From: a virus
Taxonomy: Duplodnaviria > Heunggongvirae > Uroviricota > Caudoviricetes
Length of the DNA stretch: 64,000 nucleotides
Reading direction: 5' to 3' (one strand)
Virus record (IMG/VR): IMGVR_UViG_2651869695_000003
Shown: positions 1 through 9,660 of the stretch, one piece after another
How the letters are laid out: the number at the start of each line of letters is the position of its first letter
Position numbering within the stretch: position 1 is the stretch's first letter
The notes under the pieces: model-generated
The model's database searches: none
Told to the model about the DNA's origin: nothing
Seen by the model: only the letters and a program-made list of their open reading frames with translations
Translations under genes and position numbers: made by a program

Positions 1-566
1 GCTGGGTGTTGTCTGTTGTGCGTCGGGATCTCGGTTTTGATGATAGTCACGTTGTGACAATACCGGAACTGTGCTGGTGGCTGATTCGTAATGACCTGGC
101 GGATGCCTTACCGGAAAGTGCAGCCCGTAAGGCACTGAGATTACCGAAGCCTGTTGTGCAGGCGGTCACCCGGGAAAGTGACCTTGTGCCTTCGGTTCCT
201 GCCACCAGCATTATCCAGGATAAAGCGAAAAAGGTGCTGGCGCTGAAAGTGGATCCGGAGTCGCTGGAGTCTTTTATGTTACGCCCAAAACGCCGCCGCT
301 GGGTTAATGAAAAGTACACGCGCTGGGTTAAGACACAGCCGTGTGCATGTTGTGGAAAGCCTGCTGATGATCCCCACCACCTGATAGGTCACGGTCAGGG
401 TGGAATGGGTACAAAAGCGCATGACCTCTTTGTGTTGCCTTTGTGCAGAAAGCATCACGACGAGCTGCATGCGGATACCGTGGCATTTGAAGAGAAGTAT
501 GGCTCCCAACTGGAGCTGATATTTCGTTTTATCGATCGCGCGCTGGCGATTGGGGTGTTGGCCTGA
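1..566 (+). CDS. DUF968-like protein with Cys/His-rich HNH-like motif, 5'-truncated by window edge
   Basis: C-terminal 186 aa of the 331-aa protein encoded in full at 46150..47145; motif CACCGKPADDPHHLIGHG...CRKHHDELH; sits just upstream of Q. Confidence 0.5.
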   Translation, partial: WVLSVVRRDLGFDDSHVVTIPELCWWLIRNDLADALPESAARKALRLPKPVVQAVTRESDLVPSVPATSIIQDKAKKVLALKVDPESLESFMLRPKRRRWVNEKYTRWVKTQPCACCGKPADDPHHLIGHGQGGMGTKAHDLFVLPLCRKHHDELHADTVAFEEKYGSQLELIFRFIDRALAIGVLA

Positions 567-583
567 TTTGGTGGAGAAAGTTG

Positions 584-949
584 ATGCGTGATATTCAGAT
601 GGTTCTGGAGCGTTGGGGAGCATGGGCGGCGAGTGATAGTTCTGGAGTAGACTATTCGCCTATAGCTGCTGGGTTTAAGGGGCTTCTTCCCTACACAAGC
701 AAAACACGTCAGGCTTGTTCAGATAGTGATGCATTAATTATTGAAGGTTGTCTTGCTCGTCTAAAGCAAAAAAAGCCAGATGAGCACTCGCTGCTTGTGG
801 CACATTATTTATACAGAATATCCAAGCGTAAGATTGCAAAGGTGCGTGGAAAGGATGAAAAATTGGTACGCATAGAAATACAACTAGCCGAAGGATTTAT
901 TGATGGTTGCCTTTCAATGTTGGATTTTAACCTTGAAATGGACGCTTAG
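584..949 (+). CDS. Antitermination protein Q (lambdoid late-gene regulator)
   Basis: N-terminus MRDIQMVLERWGAWAA recalled as Q-family signature; position between nin-like genes and the lysis cassette; ATG at 584 preferred over track start 581. Confidence 0.6.
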   Translation: MRDIQMVLERWGAWAASDSSGVDYSPIAAGFKGLLPYTSKTRQACSDSDALIIEGCLARLKQKKPDEHSLLVAHYLYRISKRKIAKVRGKDEKLVRIEIQLAEGFIDGCLSMLDFNLEMDA

Positions 950-984
950 GGTTGCACAGGTTGGCCCCATATGAGGCCAACCTG

Positions 985-1446
985 TCACAAGTGGGGGAAG
1001 ATTTTTCGTAACACTAACCAACACCTTCCGAAGGTATATAGCGAAATTATAAGGGAGGATAAGCCTAACAGTATGAACAGGAAATCAATAGGTTTGCCCG
1101 CAACAATAACATCATCAGGTAGAAACATCGCTATCAATGGAAATATACATGCGACGATGAGAGTTAACCCTGTTGAAAGTAATCTATTTACCAGAGTTGG
1201 TAACACGTTGTTTTGCTTAAGGGCATTAATTGCTCCTTCCTTATCGCTGTTTGCACTACTAAATATAGATATTGCAGCCAGAACAAAACCAAACAGGATG
1301 CCTGATATAGTCGAGAGCACCCCCGCTGTTGTGAGTACGTCAGCATGCTTCATCGGTTTAAACAGTTTTGTCGCTGCATAGGTCAACAGAATCCAGAGGA
1401 CGCATTTCCAGAGAAAAGTGGCTAATTCTCTCATTGTGTCCTCCAT
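985..1446 (-). CDS. Small integral membrane protein (about 4 predicted TM helices), candidate RexB-like partner
   Basis: 153 aa with four hydrophobic stretches; low-GC; immediately downstream of the 313-aa ORF on the same strand, opposite to phage late genes. Confidence 0.45.
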   Translation of the reverse strand: MEDTMRELATFLWKCVLWILLTYAATKLFKPMKHADVLTTAGVLSTISGILFGFVLAAISIFSSANSDKEGAINALKQNNVLPTLVNRLLSTGLTLIVACIFPLIAMFLPDDVIVAGKPIDFLFILLGLSSLIISLYTFGRCWLVLRKIFPHL

Positions 1447-1455
1447 GCTTGGTTA

Positions 1456-2397
1456 TTAGTCTCTGCTAGCGAGCTCATACTGTGCAAGATAGTTCGCGTT
1501 ATCAATTTTAGCAGATATCATCGCCGTTCTGATATCAGAATCGGATGGATAACCGCTTTTGACAATGATTGTCTTTGTACTGACCAATACTTGGTCAAGT
1601 AGACTTTTGGGCGTTCTATTGGATGGCTCTGTTACATCAATTTTTTTAATTTTTAGACCTCCAGAACCTTTTGGAAAAAGTTCAAGTAGTTCCTTAATAG
1701 CATCGGTGACAGAAGTTTTTAGATAGTTAAACCCTTGTTTTTTCGGGCGAATCCGACCTCGCATATTTAATCTTAGATGCGACCCGCCCATACCAACAAC
1801 CATGTCAATAATTTCATTAGCTAAAGGGTTTTTAATCTTATAATTAGCTTTGTTAAAGTTTCTTGGAGCAGCAACTATAAGATCGAAACTACGTAGGATA
1901 TTTCCGTCCTCAAGCAGTTCCTTCATGCTCTCTTGTTTCCAAATGGCTTCAAAAGTGACGCTTTTTAAATCAGTTTTGTTATACAAAATGAATGCCAGAT
2001 CATTTACTTTGGGCCCTATATGGTTGAGGGTCATAGCTAATAAGTCCGTTTCGTAGTAATAGATAAAATATGTTCTTTCAACTACAGAATCTTTATCATT
2101 TAAAGGAATTGTTCTCTCACTACCTGTAGCATCCTCGATGAACGGTAGTAGGCATTCCCTTCTCCACGATACGTAACCAAAGTAACATTGCAGTGTGGTA
2201 TCTTTTTGAAGAATAACTAACTTTAACCCTCGACTTGGGGTGTCTGTTGTGTAAGTTATTGGAAAAGTTACAGTATCTGCTGTGGTCATTTGCTCAAAGG
2301 CTAGTTTTGCAGCAGATGTGCCATATTTTTTGCTTCCATTACCAGTGAAAAAACCAACTCTCACTCGCCTGGTTTTATTCTTATTTTCTGTACTCAT
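1456..2397 (-). CDS. Hypothetical 313-aa protein, candidate RexA-like abortive-infection component
   Basis: Low-GC ORF in moron position between Q and holin; soluble protein followed by 4-TM protein mimics rexA-rexB architecture; similarity to RexA is by eye only. Confidence 0.4.
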   Translation of the reverse strand: MSTENKNKTRRVRVGFFTGNGSKKYGTSAAKLAFEQMTTADTVTFPITYTTDTPSRGLKLVILQKDTTLQCYFGYVSWRRECLLPFIEDATGSERTIPLNDKDSVVERTYFIYYYETDLLAMTLNHIGPKVNDLAFILYNKTDLKSVTFEAIWKQESMKELLEDGNILRSFDLIVAAPRNFNKANYKIKNPLANEIIDMVVGMGGSHLRLNMRGRIRPKKQGFNYLKTSVTDAIKELLELFPKGSGGLKIKKIDVTEPSNRTPKSLLDQVLVSTKTIIVKSGYPSDSDIRTAMISAKIDNANYLAQYELASRD

Positions 2398-2520
2398 TAT
2401 CGATCCGAAATAATTTTAGCAACCGTGTGAAAAATACAACAAAAAAAAGAGGAAATCATTAGCGCGGTCCGCAAAAAACATTGTAATCTGTTAAGAGTGG
2501 TTACTTCGCCACACAGCTTA

Positions 2521-2550
2521 AACCCGCCGTCGAGCGGGTTTTGTCGTTTC
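2521..2550 (+). terminator. Rho-independent terminator-like hairpin, candidate tR' of the late leader
   Basis: AACCCGC-cgtcga-GCGGGTT followed by TTGTCGTTTC, about 145 bp upstream of the holin start. Confidence 0.35.
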
Positions 2551-2693
2551 TGTGGCTGGGGATTCGTTGGTCCTGGCCTATTCCGCAGTTCTCCATCGGT
2601 TCGGCTTCTTTGATGTTTCCGCTTCTGATTTGCGGTACATGATGTTCCCTCAATTTGCACCTGCTGTATCAGCGAGGTGAGAGATAACTACAA

Positions 2694-3020
2694 ATGCCTC
2701 ATAACCCAAATACCTGGCTGGAGTTGGTCCAGAGCTGGTGGCGTGGAGACACACCGCTGGGCGCAGTGATTATGTCGATCGTTATGGCTGGCTTGCGCAT
2801 TGCCTATTTTGGCGGTGGTGGTGGCTGGAAACGAAAAACGCTCGAGATTTTGCTCTGTGGTGCTCTGACGCTGACTTTTGCATCCGCTCTTGAGTATGTC
2901 GGATGGCCTAAATCTCTTTCTGTTGCCATTGGTGGCGGCGTTGGGCTGATCGGGGTCGATGCTATTCGTGGGGCTGCAATGAGAGTAATCGGTAATAAGT
3001 TTGGTGGCTCTAAGGAGTAA
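2694..3020 (+). CDS. Holin
   Basis: 108 aa, hydrophobic segments, first gene of lysis cassette directly before the R-like endolysin. Confidence 0.7.
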   Translation: MPHNPNTWLELVQSWWRGDTPLGAVIMSIVMAGLRIAYFGGGGGWKRKTLEILLCGALTLTFASALEYVGWPKSLSVAIGGGVGLIGVDAIRGAAMRVIGNKFGGSKE

Positions 3021-3023
3021 TTT

Positions 3024-3506
3024 ATGCAGGTACTAAATTCCCAGCGTAAAGCTTTCCTCGATATGGTGGCATGGTCAGAAGGAACGGATAACGGGCGACA
3101 ACCGACACGTAACCACGGTTATGACGTTATTGTCGGAGGTGAACTGTTCACTGATTACTCCGATCACCCTCGCAAACTTGTCACGCTAAACCCGAAACTT
3201 AAATCAACAGCCGCAGGACGTTATCAGCTTCTTTCACGCTGGTGGGATGCTTACCGTAAGCAGCTTGGGCTGAAAGACTTCTCTCCAAAAAGCCAGGATG
3301 CTGTGGCATTGCAGCAGATTAAAGAGCGTGGTGCTTTACCGATGATTGATCGCGGCGATATCCGTCAGGCTATTGATCGTTGCAGCAATATCTGGGCGTC
3401 ATTGCCGGGCGCTGGTTATGGTCAGTTCGAACATAAGGTTGACAGCCTGATTGAAAAATTCAAAGAATCGGGCGGAACGGTCAGAGAAATTCAGCTATAT
3501 GAGTAG
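3024..3506 (+). CDS. R: Endolysin, lambda R-like lytic transglycosylase
   Basis: Near-identical over long stretches to lambda R as recalled ([92 protein letters not shown]). Confidence 0.85.
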   Translation: MQVLNSQRKAFLDMVAWSEGTDNGRQPTRNHGYDVIVGGELFTDYSDHPRKLVTLNPKLKSTAAGRYQLLSRWWDAYRKQLGLKDFSPKSQDAVALQQIKERGALPMIDRGDIRQAIDRCSNIWASLPGAGYGQFEHKVDSLIEKFKESGGTVREIQLYE

Positions 3507-3963
3507 AGTAACTGCGATTCTGTCCTCTCTGGTTATCTGCACCATCGTCTGCCTATCATGGGCTGTTAATCATTATCGTGATAACGCCATCGCCTACAAA
3601 GAACAGCGCGATAAAGCGAAGGAAAAACTCAGCCAGGCGAACGCCACCATTACTGAGATGCAGCAGCGCCAGCGTGATGTTTCTGCGCTCGATGCGAAAT
3701 ACACCGGAGAACTTGCAAATGCTAAAGCAACTATTGAACAGCTTCAGCGTGATGTTGCTGTTGGCACTAAGCGGCTGTTCCTCGCCGCTAGTTGCCCGAG
3801 AGTGCAATCAACGACCATTACCACCAGCCTGGATGATGCTACCGCCCCCCGACTTACTGACACCGCTCAACGGGATTATTTCACCCTCAGAGAGAGAATT
3901 GAAATCAGTTATAAACAGATAAGAGCATTGCAGGACTATATCTCTAGTCAGTGTGAAAAATAA
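3499..3963 (+). CDS. Rz: Rz i-spanin
   Basis: [31 protein letters not shown] matches lambda Rz N-terminus; start moved to internal Met overlapping R stop. Confidence 0.85.
   Translation: MSRVTAILSSLVICTIVCLSWAVNHYRDNAIAYKEQRDKAKEKLSQANATITEMQQRQRDVSALDAKYTGELANAKATIEQLQRDVAVGTKRLFLAASCPRVQSTTITTSLDDATAPRLTDTAQRDYFTLRERIEISYKQIRALQDYISSQCEK
3719..3922 (+). CDS. Rz1: Rz1 o-spanin lipoprotein, embedded in +1 frame of Rz
   Basis: Signal/lipobox LLLALSGC followed by proline-rich [26 protein letters not shown] as in lambda Rz1. Confidence 0.7.
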   Translation: MLKQLLNSFSVMLLLALSGCSSPLVARECNQRPLPPAWMMLPPPDLLTPLNGIISPSERELKSVINR

Positions 3964-4044
3964 AATTGCTTTCGATGTATGGATCTGGACATCTTTTTTT
4001 TCTACTATGCTGACTGAGAATTGAAACGTATATGGATATTCTAT

Positions 4045-4803
4045 ATGAAAAGAAAAAAATTAGAAGGTCCCGGGTGTGAATCATATGAAGGGTTAGATGT
4101 TGAATATTATATTGATTCCGAAACGGGGGAATTTAAAGCGGTTTATACATTCAATAATGAAATTGTAGATCGCATAAAATTGAGTGGGCGTATTGCCGAT
4201 AGAGCATCTTCACTGTCCCTAATTCATAGGGACTTAAAAAGTGCTAAAGAGTGGTACCAAATAGCTAATGAACTGGCAGGGAGAAACGAATTAAGGACAG
4301 ATGGCAAGTTATACGGGAATATACTTGATCTAGATTTATCAAGTGAAATTAGAGCGTTATTTGTGGCAAGCCTAACGTTTTATGGTAAAGCTTTCTCTGA
4401 AGCTAAAGGGAGAAAGTTAAAGATGGAGCGTGATTGGCTTGATTCTGAATATTTTGGGTTGCATGACTGTATTATTAACTACAGGCATAATTTTGCAGCA
4501 CATAGCGGCAACCAAGACTATGAGTCAGCAGAAACTTCATTGTTACTAATAAGGAAAAATGGGAAAACATTTTATCAAGCAGTGACAGATAGAAAACAAC
4601 TGAGCATGATTGGTGTCGAGGACGAGCATGTTGATATGATTAATTTATTTGAACATGCGATACAGGTTGTTGAGAAAAAATATAATGAAACATTAGAGAG
4701 AATTAGAACCTATGTCATGCAAAAGAGTTATTCTTTTTGGTGTTTAGCTGCCACAGGGAAAGATCCCGTCAATTTAGATAAGTTAAATAAGAAGAAAAAA
4801 TAA
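4045..4803 (+). CDS. Hypothetical protein, AT-rich moron (candidate abortive-infection or defence gene)
   Basis: Low GC compared with flanking phage genes; followed by a candidate terminator (4840..4869); lies between Rz and HNH/terS; contains YRHNFAAH (R-x5-H). Confidence 0.5.
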   Translation: MKRKKLEGPGCESYEGLDVEYYIDSETGEFKAVYTFNNEIVDRIKLSGRIADRASSLSLIHRDLKSAKEWYQIANELAGRNELRTDGKLYGNILDLDLSSEIRALFVASLTFYGKAFSEAKGRKLKMERDWLDSEYFGLHDCIINYRHNFAAHSGNQDYESAETSLLLIRKNGKTFYQAVTDRKQLSMIGVEDEHVDMINLFEHAIQVVEKKYNETLERIRTYVMQKSYSFWCLAATGKDPVNLDKLNKKKK

Positions 4804-4839
4804 ACCTACTCTTCACATTAGTAACATTAGTAGATGCTA

Positions 4840-4869
4840 AGCCACTAGCAATCGATGGTGGCTTTTTTA
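4840..4869 (+). terminator. Rho-independent terminator after moron gene
   Basis: AGCCAC-loop-GTGGCT followed by TTTTTTATT. Confidence 0.5.
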
Positions 4870-4882
4870 TTGGAGCTTACCA

Positions 4883-5233
4883 ATGCCACCACGAACCCCA
4901 AAAGCCTGCCGTGTTCGCGGCTGCCGCTCTACAACCACAGACCCGTCAGGCTACTGCGAAAGCCACAAAAGCGAAGGCTGGAAGCAATACAAGCCAGGTC
5001 AGTCCCGTCATCAGCGCGGTTATGGTTCGAAGTGGGACGCTATCCGCGCGCGTGTGCTGAAGCGTGACAAAGGTTTATGTCAGTTATGTCTGCGTGCCGG
5101 TGTGGTGCGTGAGGCGAAAACCGTTGACCACATCATCCCTAAAGCGCATGGCGGCACTGATGCCGACTGTAATCTGCAGAGTCTGTGTTGGCCGTGTCAT
5201 AAGGCGAAGACGGCCCGTGAACGGTTAAAGTGA
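4883..5233 (+). CDS. HNH endonuclease (terminase-associated)
   Basis: Cys/His motifs CRVRGC...C and DHIIPKAHGG...CWPCH; directly upstream of cos-like region and terS as in HK97-like phages. Confidence 0.8.
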   Translation: MPPRTPKACRVRGCRSTTTDPSGYCESHKSEGWKQYKPGQSRHQRGYGSKWDAIRARVLKRDKGLCQLCLRAGVVREAKTVDHIIPKAHGGTDADCNLQSLCWPCHKAKTARERLK

Positions 5234-5239
5234 TAATAA

Positions 5240-5340
5240 CTCTCAACTGTCTGAGGGGAGGGGCGGGTCACATCCCTGTGACCTGACGTCTTCCGGACTG
5301 CCCGCCCCATCGTTTTTTTATACCCGCGAAAAATGAAATT
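5240..5340. other. Candidate cos / packaging site region
   Basis: GC-rich dyad GGGGCGGG...CCCGCCCC enclosing palindrome GTCACAtcccTGTGAC between HNH and terS. Confidence 0.3.
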
Positions 5341-5358
5341 TAACCAGGAGTGCCGCAT

Positions 5359-5853
5359 ATGGCTGGAACGACGGGGCGTTCCGGGCGTCGCCCCAAGCCA
5401 ACGGCGCGCAAGGCGCTGGCCGGAAATCCCGGCAAGCGAGCCCTGAACAAAGATGAACCTGTTTTTACGCCCATCAAAGGTGTTGAGCCACCGGAGTGGT
5501 TCGCTGAAGAAGATCTCCCTCTCGCCACGATCATGTGGCAACTGACAACCAAAGAACTCTGCGGTCAGGGCCTGCTGTGCGTGACTGACCTCGCGGTGCT
5601 TGAGCGGTGGTGCGTGGCCTACGAGTTCTGGCGACGTGCCGTGAAAAATATTGCCAGACAGGGCAACACCATCACCGGTGCAATGGGCGGTATGGTCAAA
5701 AATCCGGAGCTGACCGCCAAAAAAGAACAGGAGTCCGAGATGAGCAGTACGGGGGCAATGCTCGGACTCGACCCCAGCAGCCGCCAGCGTCTGATTGGCC
5801 TGGCGGGGAAGAAGAAAGCCACTAACCCGTTTCTGAAAATCATCGAATCATGA
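5359..5853 (+). CDS. Terminase small subunit
   Basis: Basic N-terminus, immediately upstream of and overlapping terL; ATG at 5359 with GGAG upstream. Confidence 0.7.
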   Translation: MAGTTGRSGRRPKPTARKALAGNPGKRALNKDEPVFTPIKGVEPPEWFAEEDLPLATIMWQLTTKELCGQGLLCVTDLAVLERWCVAYEFWRRAVKNIARQGNTITGAMGGMVKNPELTAKKEQESEMSSTGAMLGLDPSSRQRLIGLAGKKKATNPFLKIIES

Positions 5854-7583
5854 GCCGGAAATCTTACCCCAACGTAAATGCTGCCAATCAGTATGCCCGG
5901 GATGTCGTGCGCGGAAAGATTGTGGCCTGCCAGTTTGTGATTCAGGCCTGCCAGCGCCATCTTGATGACCTGATGGCGGAAAAAAGTAAGTCGTTTCGTT
6001 ACCGCTTCGACAAGGACCTGGCTGAACGGGCCGCCAAATTTATTCAGCTGTTGCCGCACACCAAGGGTGAGTGGGCATTCAAGAGGATGCCCATCACGCT
6101 GGAGCCGTGGCAGCTCTTTGTGATCTGCTGCGCGTTTGGCTGGGTCAATAAAGGCTCCCGGCTGCGCCGCTTCAGGGAGGTGTATACCGAAATCCCCCGT
6201 AAGAACGGCAAATCGGCAATCTCTGCCGGTGTCGCTCTGTATTGTTTTGCCTGTGATAACGAGTTCGGCGCGGAAGTGTATTCCGGTGCCACGACGGAGA
6301 AACAGGCATGGGAAGTCTTTCGCCCGGCGCGACTGATGTGTAAACGCACACCAATGCTGACGGAAGCGTTCGGGATTGAGGTTAACGCCTCAAACATGAA
6401 CCGTCCGGAGGATGGCGCGCGGTTTGAACCGCTGATCGGTAACCCCGGTGATGGTTCATCACCCCACTGTGCGGTGGTGGATGAATATCACGAGCACGCC
6501 ACCGATGCGCTTTACACCACGATGCTTACCGGGATGGGGGCGCGACGTCAGCCACTGATGTGGGCCATTACTACTGCCGGGTACAACATTGAGGGGCCGT
6601 GCTACGACAAGCGGCGGGAAGTTATCGAGATGCTCAACGGGTCGGTGCCTAACGATGAACTGTTCGGGATCATCTATACCGTTGATGAAGGTGACGACTG
6701 GACCGACCCGCAGGTGCTGGAAAAAGCCAATCCAAATATTGGCGTGTCGGTTTATCGCGAATTTTTGTTAAGTCAGCAACAGCGTGCGAAAAATAACGCC
6801 CGTCTGGCAAACGTCTTTAAAACAAAACACCTCAATATCTGGGTGTCGGCGCGTTCGGCGTATTTCAACCTGGTGAGCTGGCAGAGCTGCGAGGATAAAT
6901 CACTGACCCTTGAGCAGTTCGAGGGGCAGCCGTGCATTCTGGCCTTTGACTTGGCGCGTAAACTGGATATGAACAGCATGGCGCGACTTTATACCCGCGA
7001 GATTGACGGTAAAACGCATTACTACAGTGTGGCCCCGCGTTTCTGGGTACCGTATGACACGGTGTACAGCGTCGAGAAAAATGAAGATCGACGGACAGCC
7101 GAACGCTTTCAGAAATGGGTGGAAATGGGCGTTCTGACCGTTACCGATGGTGCGGAAGTGGATTATCGCTACATCCTCGAGGAGGCCAAAGCGGCGAACA
7201 AAATCAGCCCGGTCAGTGAGTCACCCATCGACCCCTTCGGGGCGACCGGGCTGTCACATGACCTTGCTGATGAAGACCTGAACCCCATCACTATCATTCA
7301 GAACTACACCAACATGTCCGATCCGATGAAAGAGCTGGAAGCGGCAATTGAATCGGGGCGCTTTCATCATGATGGCAATCCCATCATGACCTGGTGTATC
7401 GGCAACGTGGTCGGCAAAACCATTCCGGGTAACGATGATGTGGTGAAGCCCGTCAAAGAGCAGGCGGAAAACAAAATCGATGGTGCAGTTGCGCTGATTA
7501 TGGCGGTTGGCAGAGCCATGCTGTACGAGAAAGAAGACACGCTGTCTGACCACATTGAGTCCTATGGGATCCGCTCGCTTTAA
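5850..7583 (+). CDS. Terminase large subunit
   Basis: 577 aa; ATPase-like motifs (RKNGKS, VVDEYHE) and nuclease domain; canonical position. Confidence 0.9.
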
Positions 7584-7594
7584 CTGAGGTAATT

Positions 7595-7777
7595 ATGATC
7601 ATGCTGATTCTCGCGCCTCTGGTGGGCGTGCTGGGGGCGCTTTTGCTGGCGTATGGTGCCTGGCTGATTTATCCCCCGGCGGGGTTTGTTGTTGCCGGGG
7701 CGTTGTGTCTGTTCTGGTCGTGGCTGGTGGCGCGATATCTCGACCGTACACAGTCGTCTGTCGGCGGAGGTAAATAG
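7595..7777 (+). CDS. Small hydrophobic protein
   Basis: 60 aa, two hydrophobic segments, between terL and portal. Confidence 0.4.
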
Positions 7778-9018
7778 TGTTCTTTTCGGGATTATTTCAA
7801 CGAAAAAGTGACGCACCAGTGACCACGCCAGCAGAGCTGGCGGATGCTATCGGGTTGTCCTACGACACCTATATCGGAAAGCAGATCAGCAGCCAGCGGG
7901 CCATGCGACTGACGGCGGTTTTTTCCTGCGTCAGGGTGCTGGCAGAGTCGGTCGGGATGTTGCCCTGCAATCTGTATCACCTGAACGGCAGCCTGAAAAA
8001 GAGAGCCACCGGCGAGCGTCTGCATAAGCTGATCTCCACGCATCCCAATGGCTATATGACGCCGCAGGAGTTCTGGGAGCTGGTGGTCACCTGTCTGTGC
8101 TTGCGGGGAAACTTTTACGCCTACAAAGTGAAAGGATTTGGCGAAGTGGCTGAACTGCTGCCCGTCGATCCCGGCTGTGTGGTACCGAAGCTTAACAGTA
8201 GCTGGGAGCCGGTCTATCAGGTCACATTCCCGGACGGCTCCACGGATGTACTGAGCCAGGAAGATATCTGGCATGTGCGCACGCTGACGCTGGACGGTCT
8301 GGTGGGACTGAATCCCATCGCCTATGCCCGCGAGGCAATATCGCTGGCAGCTGCGACCGAAGAGCACGGGGCCAGACTGTTCAGCAATGGTGCGGTGACG
8401 TCCGGTGTGTTGCGTACAGAGCAGACGCTGTCGGATCAGGCTTATGAGCGCCTGAAGAAAGATTTTGAGGAGCGTCACACCGGGCTTGGCAATGCTCACC
8501 GCCCGATGATCCTTGAGATGGGGCTGGACTGGAAGTCGATGGCGCTGAACGCCGAGGACAGCCAGTTCCTGGAAACCCGCAAGTTTCAGCTTGAAGAAAT
8601 CTGTCGTCTGTTCCGGGTGCCATTGCACATGGTGCAGAACACCGATCGCGCCACCTTCAACAATATCGAAGAGCTGGGGCTGGGATTTATCAACTATTCA
8701 CTGGTGCCGTATCTGACCCGCATTGAGCAGCGGATCAACACCGGACTGGTACGAAAAAGTAAGCAGGGCGTTTATTACGCCAAATTTAACGCCGGGGCGT
8801 TACTGCGCGGGGATATGAAGTCCCGTTTTGAAGCCTACGCCACCGGTATCAACTGGGGAATTTACTCTCCCAATGACTGCCGCGACCTGGAAGATATGAA
8901 TCCGCGTCCCGGTGGGGATGTCTATCTCACGCCGATGAATATGACCACGAAACCCTCCGATGGCAGTAAAGCCGGTAAGCAGAAGGATAACGCCAATGCA
9001 GACGAAACAACGTCTTGA
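7777..9018 (+). CDS. Portal protein (HK97 family)
   Basis: 413 aa; follows terminase; GTG start overlapping previous stop. Confidence 0.85.
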   Translation: MFFSGLFQRKSDAPVTTPAELADAIGLSYDTYIGKQISSQRAMRLTAVFSCVRVLAESVGMLPCNLYHLNGSLKKRATGERLHKLISTHPNGYMTPQEFWELVVTCLCLRGNFYAYKVKGFGEVAELLPVDPGCVVPKLNSSWEPVYQVTFPDGSTDVLSQEDIWHVRTLTLDGLVGLNPIAYAREAISLAAATEEHGARLFSNGAVTSGVLRTEQTLSDQAYERLKKDFEERHTGLGNAHRPMILEMGLDWKSMALNAEDSQFLETRKFQLEEICRLFRVPLHMVQNTDRATFNNIEELGLGFINYSLVPYLTRIEQRINTGLVRKSKQGVYYAKFNAGALLRGDMKSRFEAYATGINWGIYSPNDCRDLEDMNPRPGGDVYLTPMNMTTKPSDGSKAGKQKDNANADETTS

Positions 9019-9646
9019 TGTACCGCTGAGTCTGAAATCTGTCAGTGACTCCGGTGAGTTTGAAGGGTATGGCTCCGTCTTTGGTGTAAAGGACAGCCAC
9101 GATGATGTGGTGATGTCCGGGGCATTTGCTGCTTCCCTGCGGGCGTGGAGTGACAGAAAAGCGTTACCTGCGCTGCTCTGGCAGCACCGCATGGATGAGC
9201 CCATCGGTGTTTACACCGAAATGAAGGAAGACGATGTCGGGCTTTACGTCAGGGGGCGATTGCTCATTGATGATGATCCCCTGGCAAAACGCGCACATGC
9301 ACACATGAAGGCCGGTTCGTTAACCGGCCTTTCTATTGGGTACGTCCTGAAGGACTGGGAATACGACCGGACGAAAGAAGCCTTTCTGCTGAAAGAAATC
9401 GACCTCTGGGAAGTCAGTCTGGTGACGTTCCCGTCTAACGACGAGGCACGGATCAGCGACGTCAAGAACGCGCTGGCTCGCGGGGAAATCCCCGAACAGA
9501 AAAAAATCGAAAGAGTCCTGCGTGATGTCGGACTCTCCCGTACCCAGGCCAAAGCATTCATGGCCGGGGGCTATAGCGCACTGTCCCTGCGCGACGCTGA
9601 GGATGTGAGCTCTGCACTGAATGCACTGAAAAATCTGAACTTCTAA
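8996..9646 (+). CDS. Prohead (head maturation) protease
   Basis: Between portal and major capsid protein; start set to internal Met with AAGGA upstream. Confidence 0.75.
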   Translation: MQTKQRLDVPLSLKSVSDSGEFEGYGSVFGVKDSHDDVVMSGAFAASLRAWSDRKALPALLWQHRMDEPIGVYTEMKEDDVGLYVRGRLLIDDDPLAKRAHAHMKAGSLTGLSIGYVLKDWEYDRTKEAFLLKEIDLWEVSLVTFPSNDEARISDVKNALARGEIPEQKKIERVLRDVGLSRTQAKAFMAGGYSALSLRDAEDVSSALNALKNLNF

Positions 9647-9660
9647 TCAGGAGAAATACG

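Noticed and set aside
47-623. Antisense ORFs overlapping annotated genes throughout the phage (for example 47..319, 279..623, 5619..6059, 7792..8628, 9643..10512 and their mirror copies)
   Set aside because: They lie entirely inside longer, recognisable genes on the other strand and show no protein-like features; typical shadow ORFs of GC-rich coding DNA.
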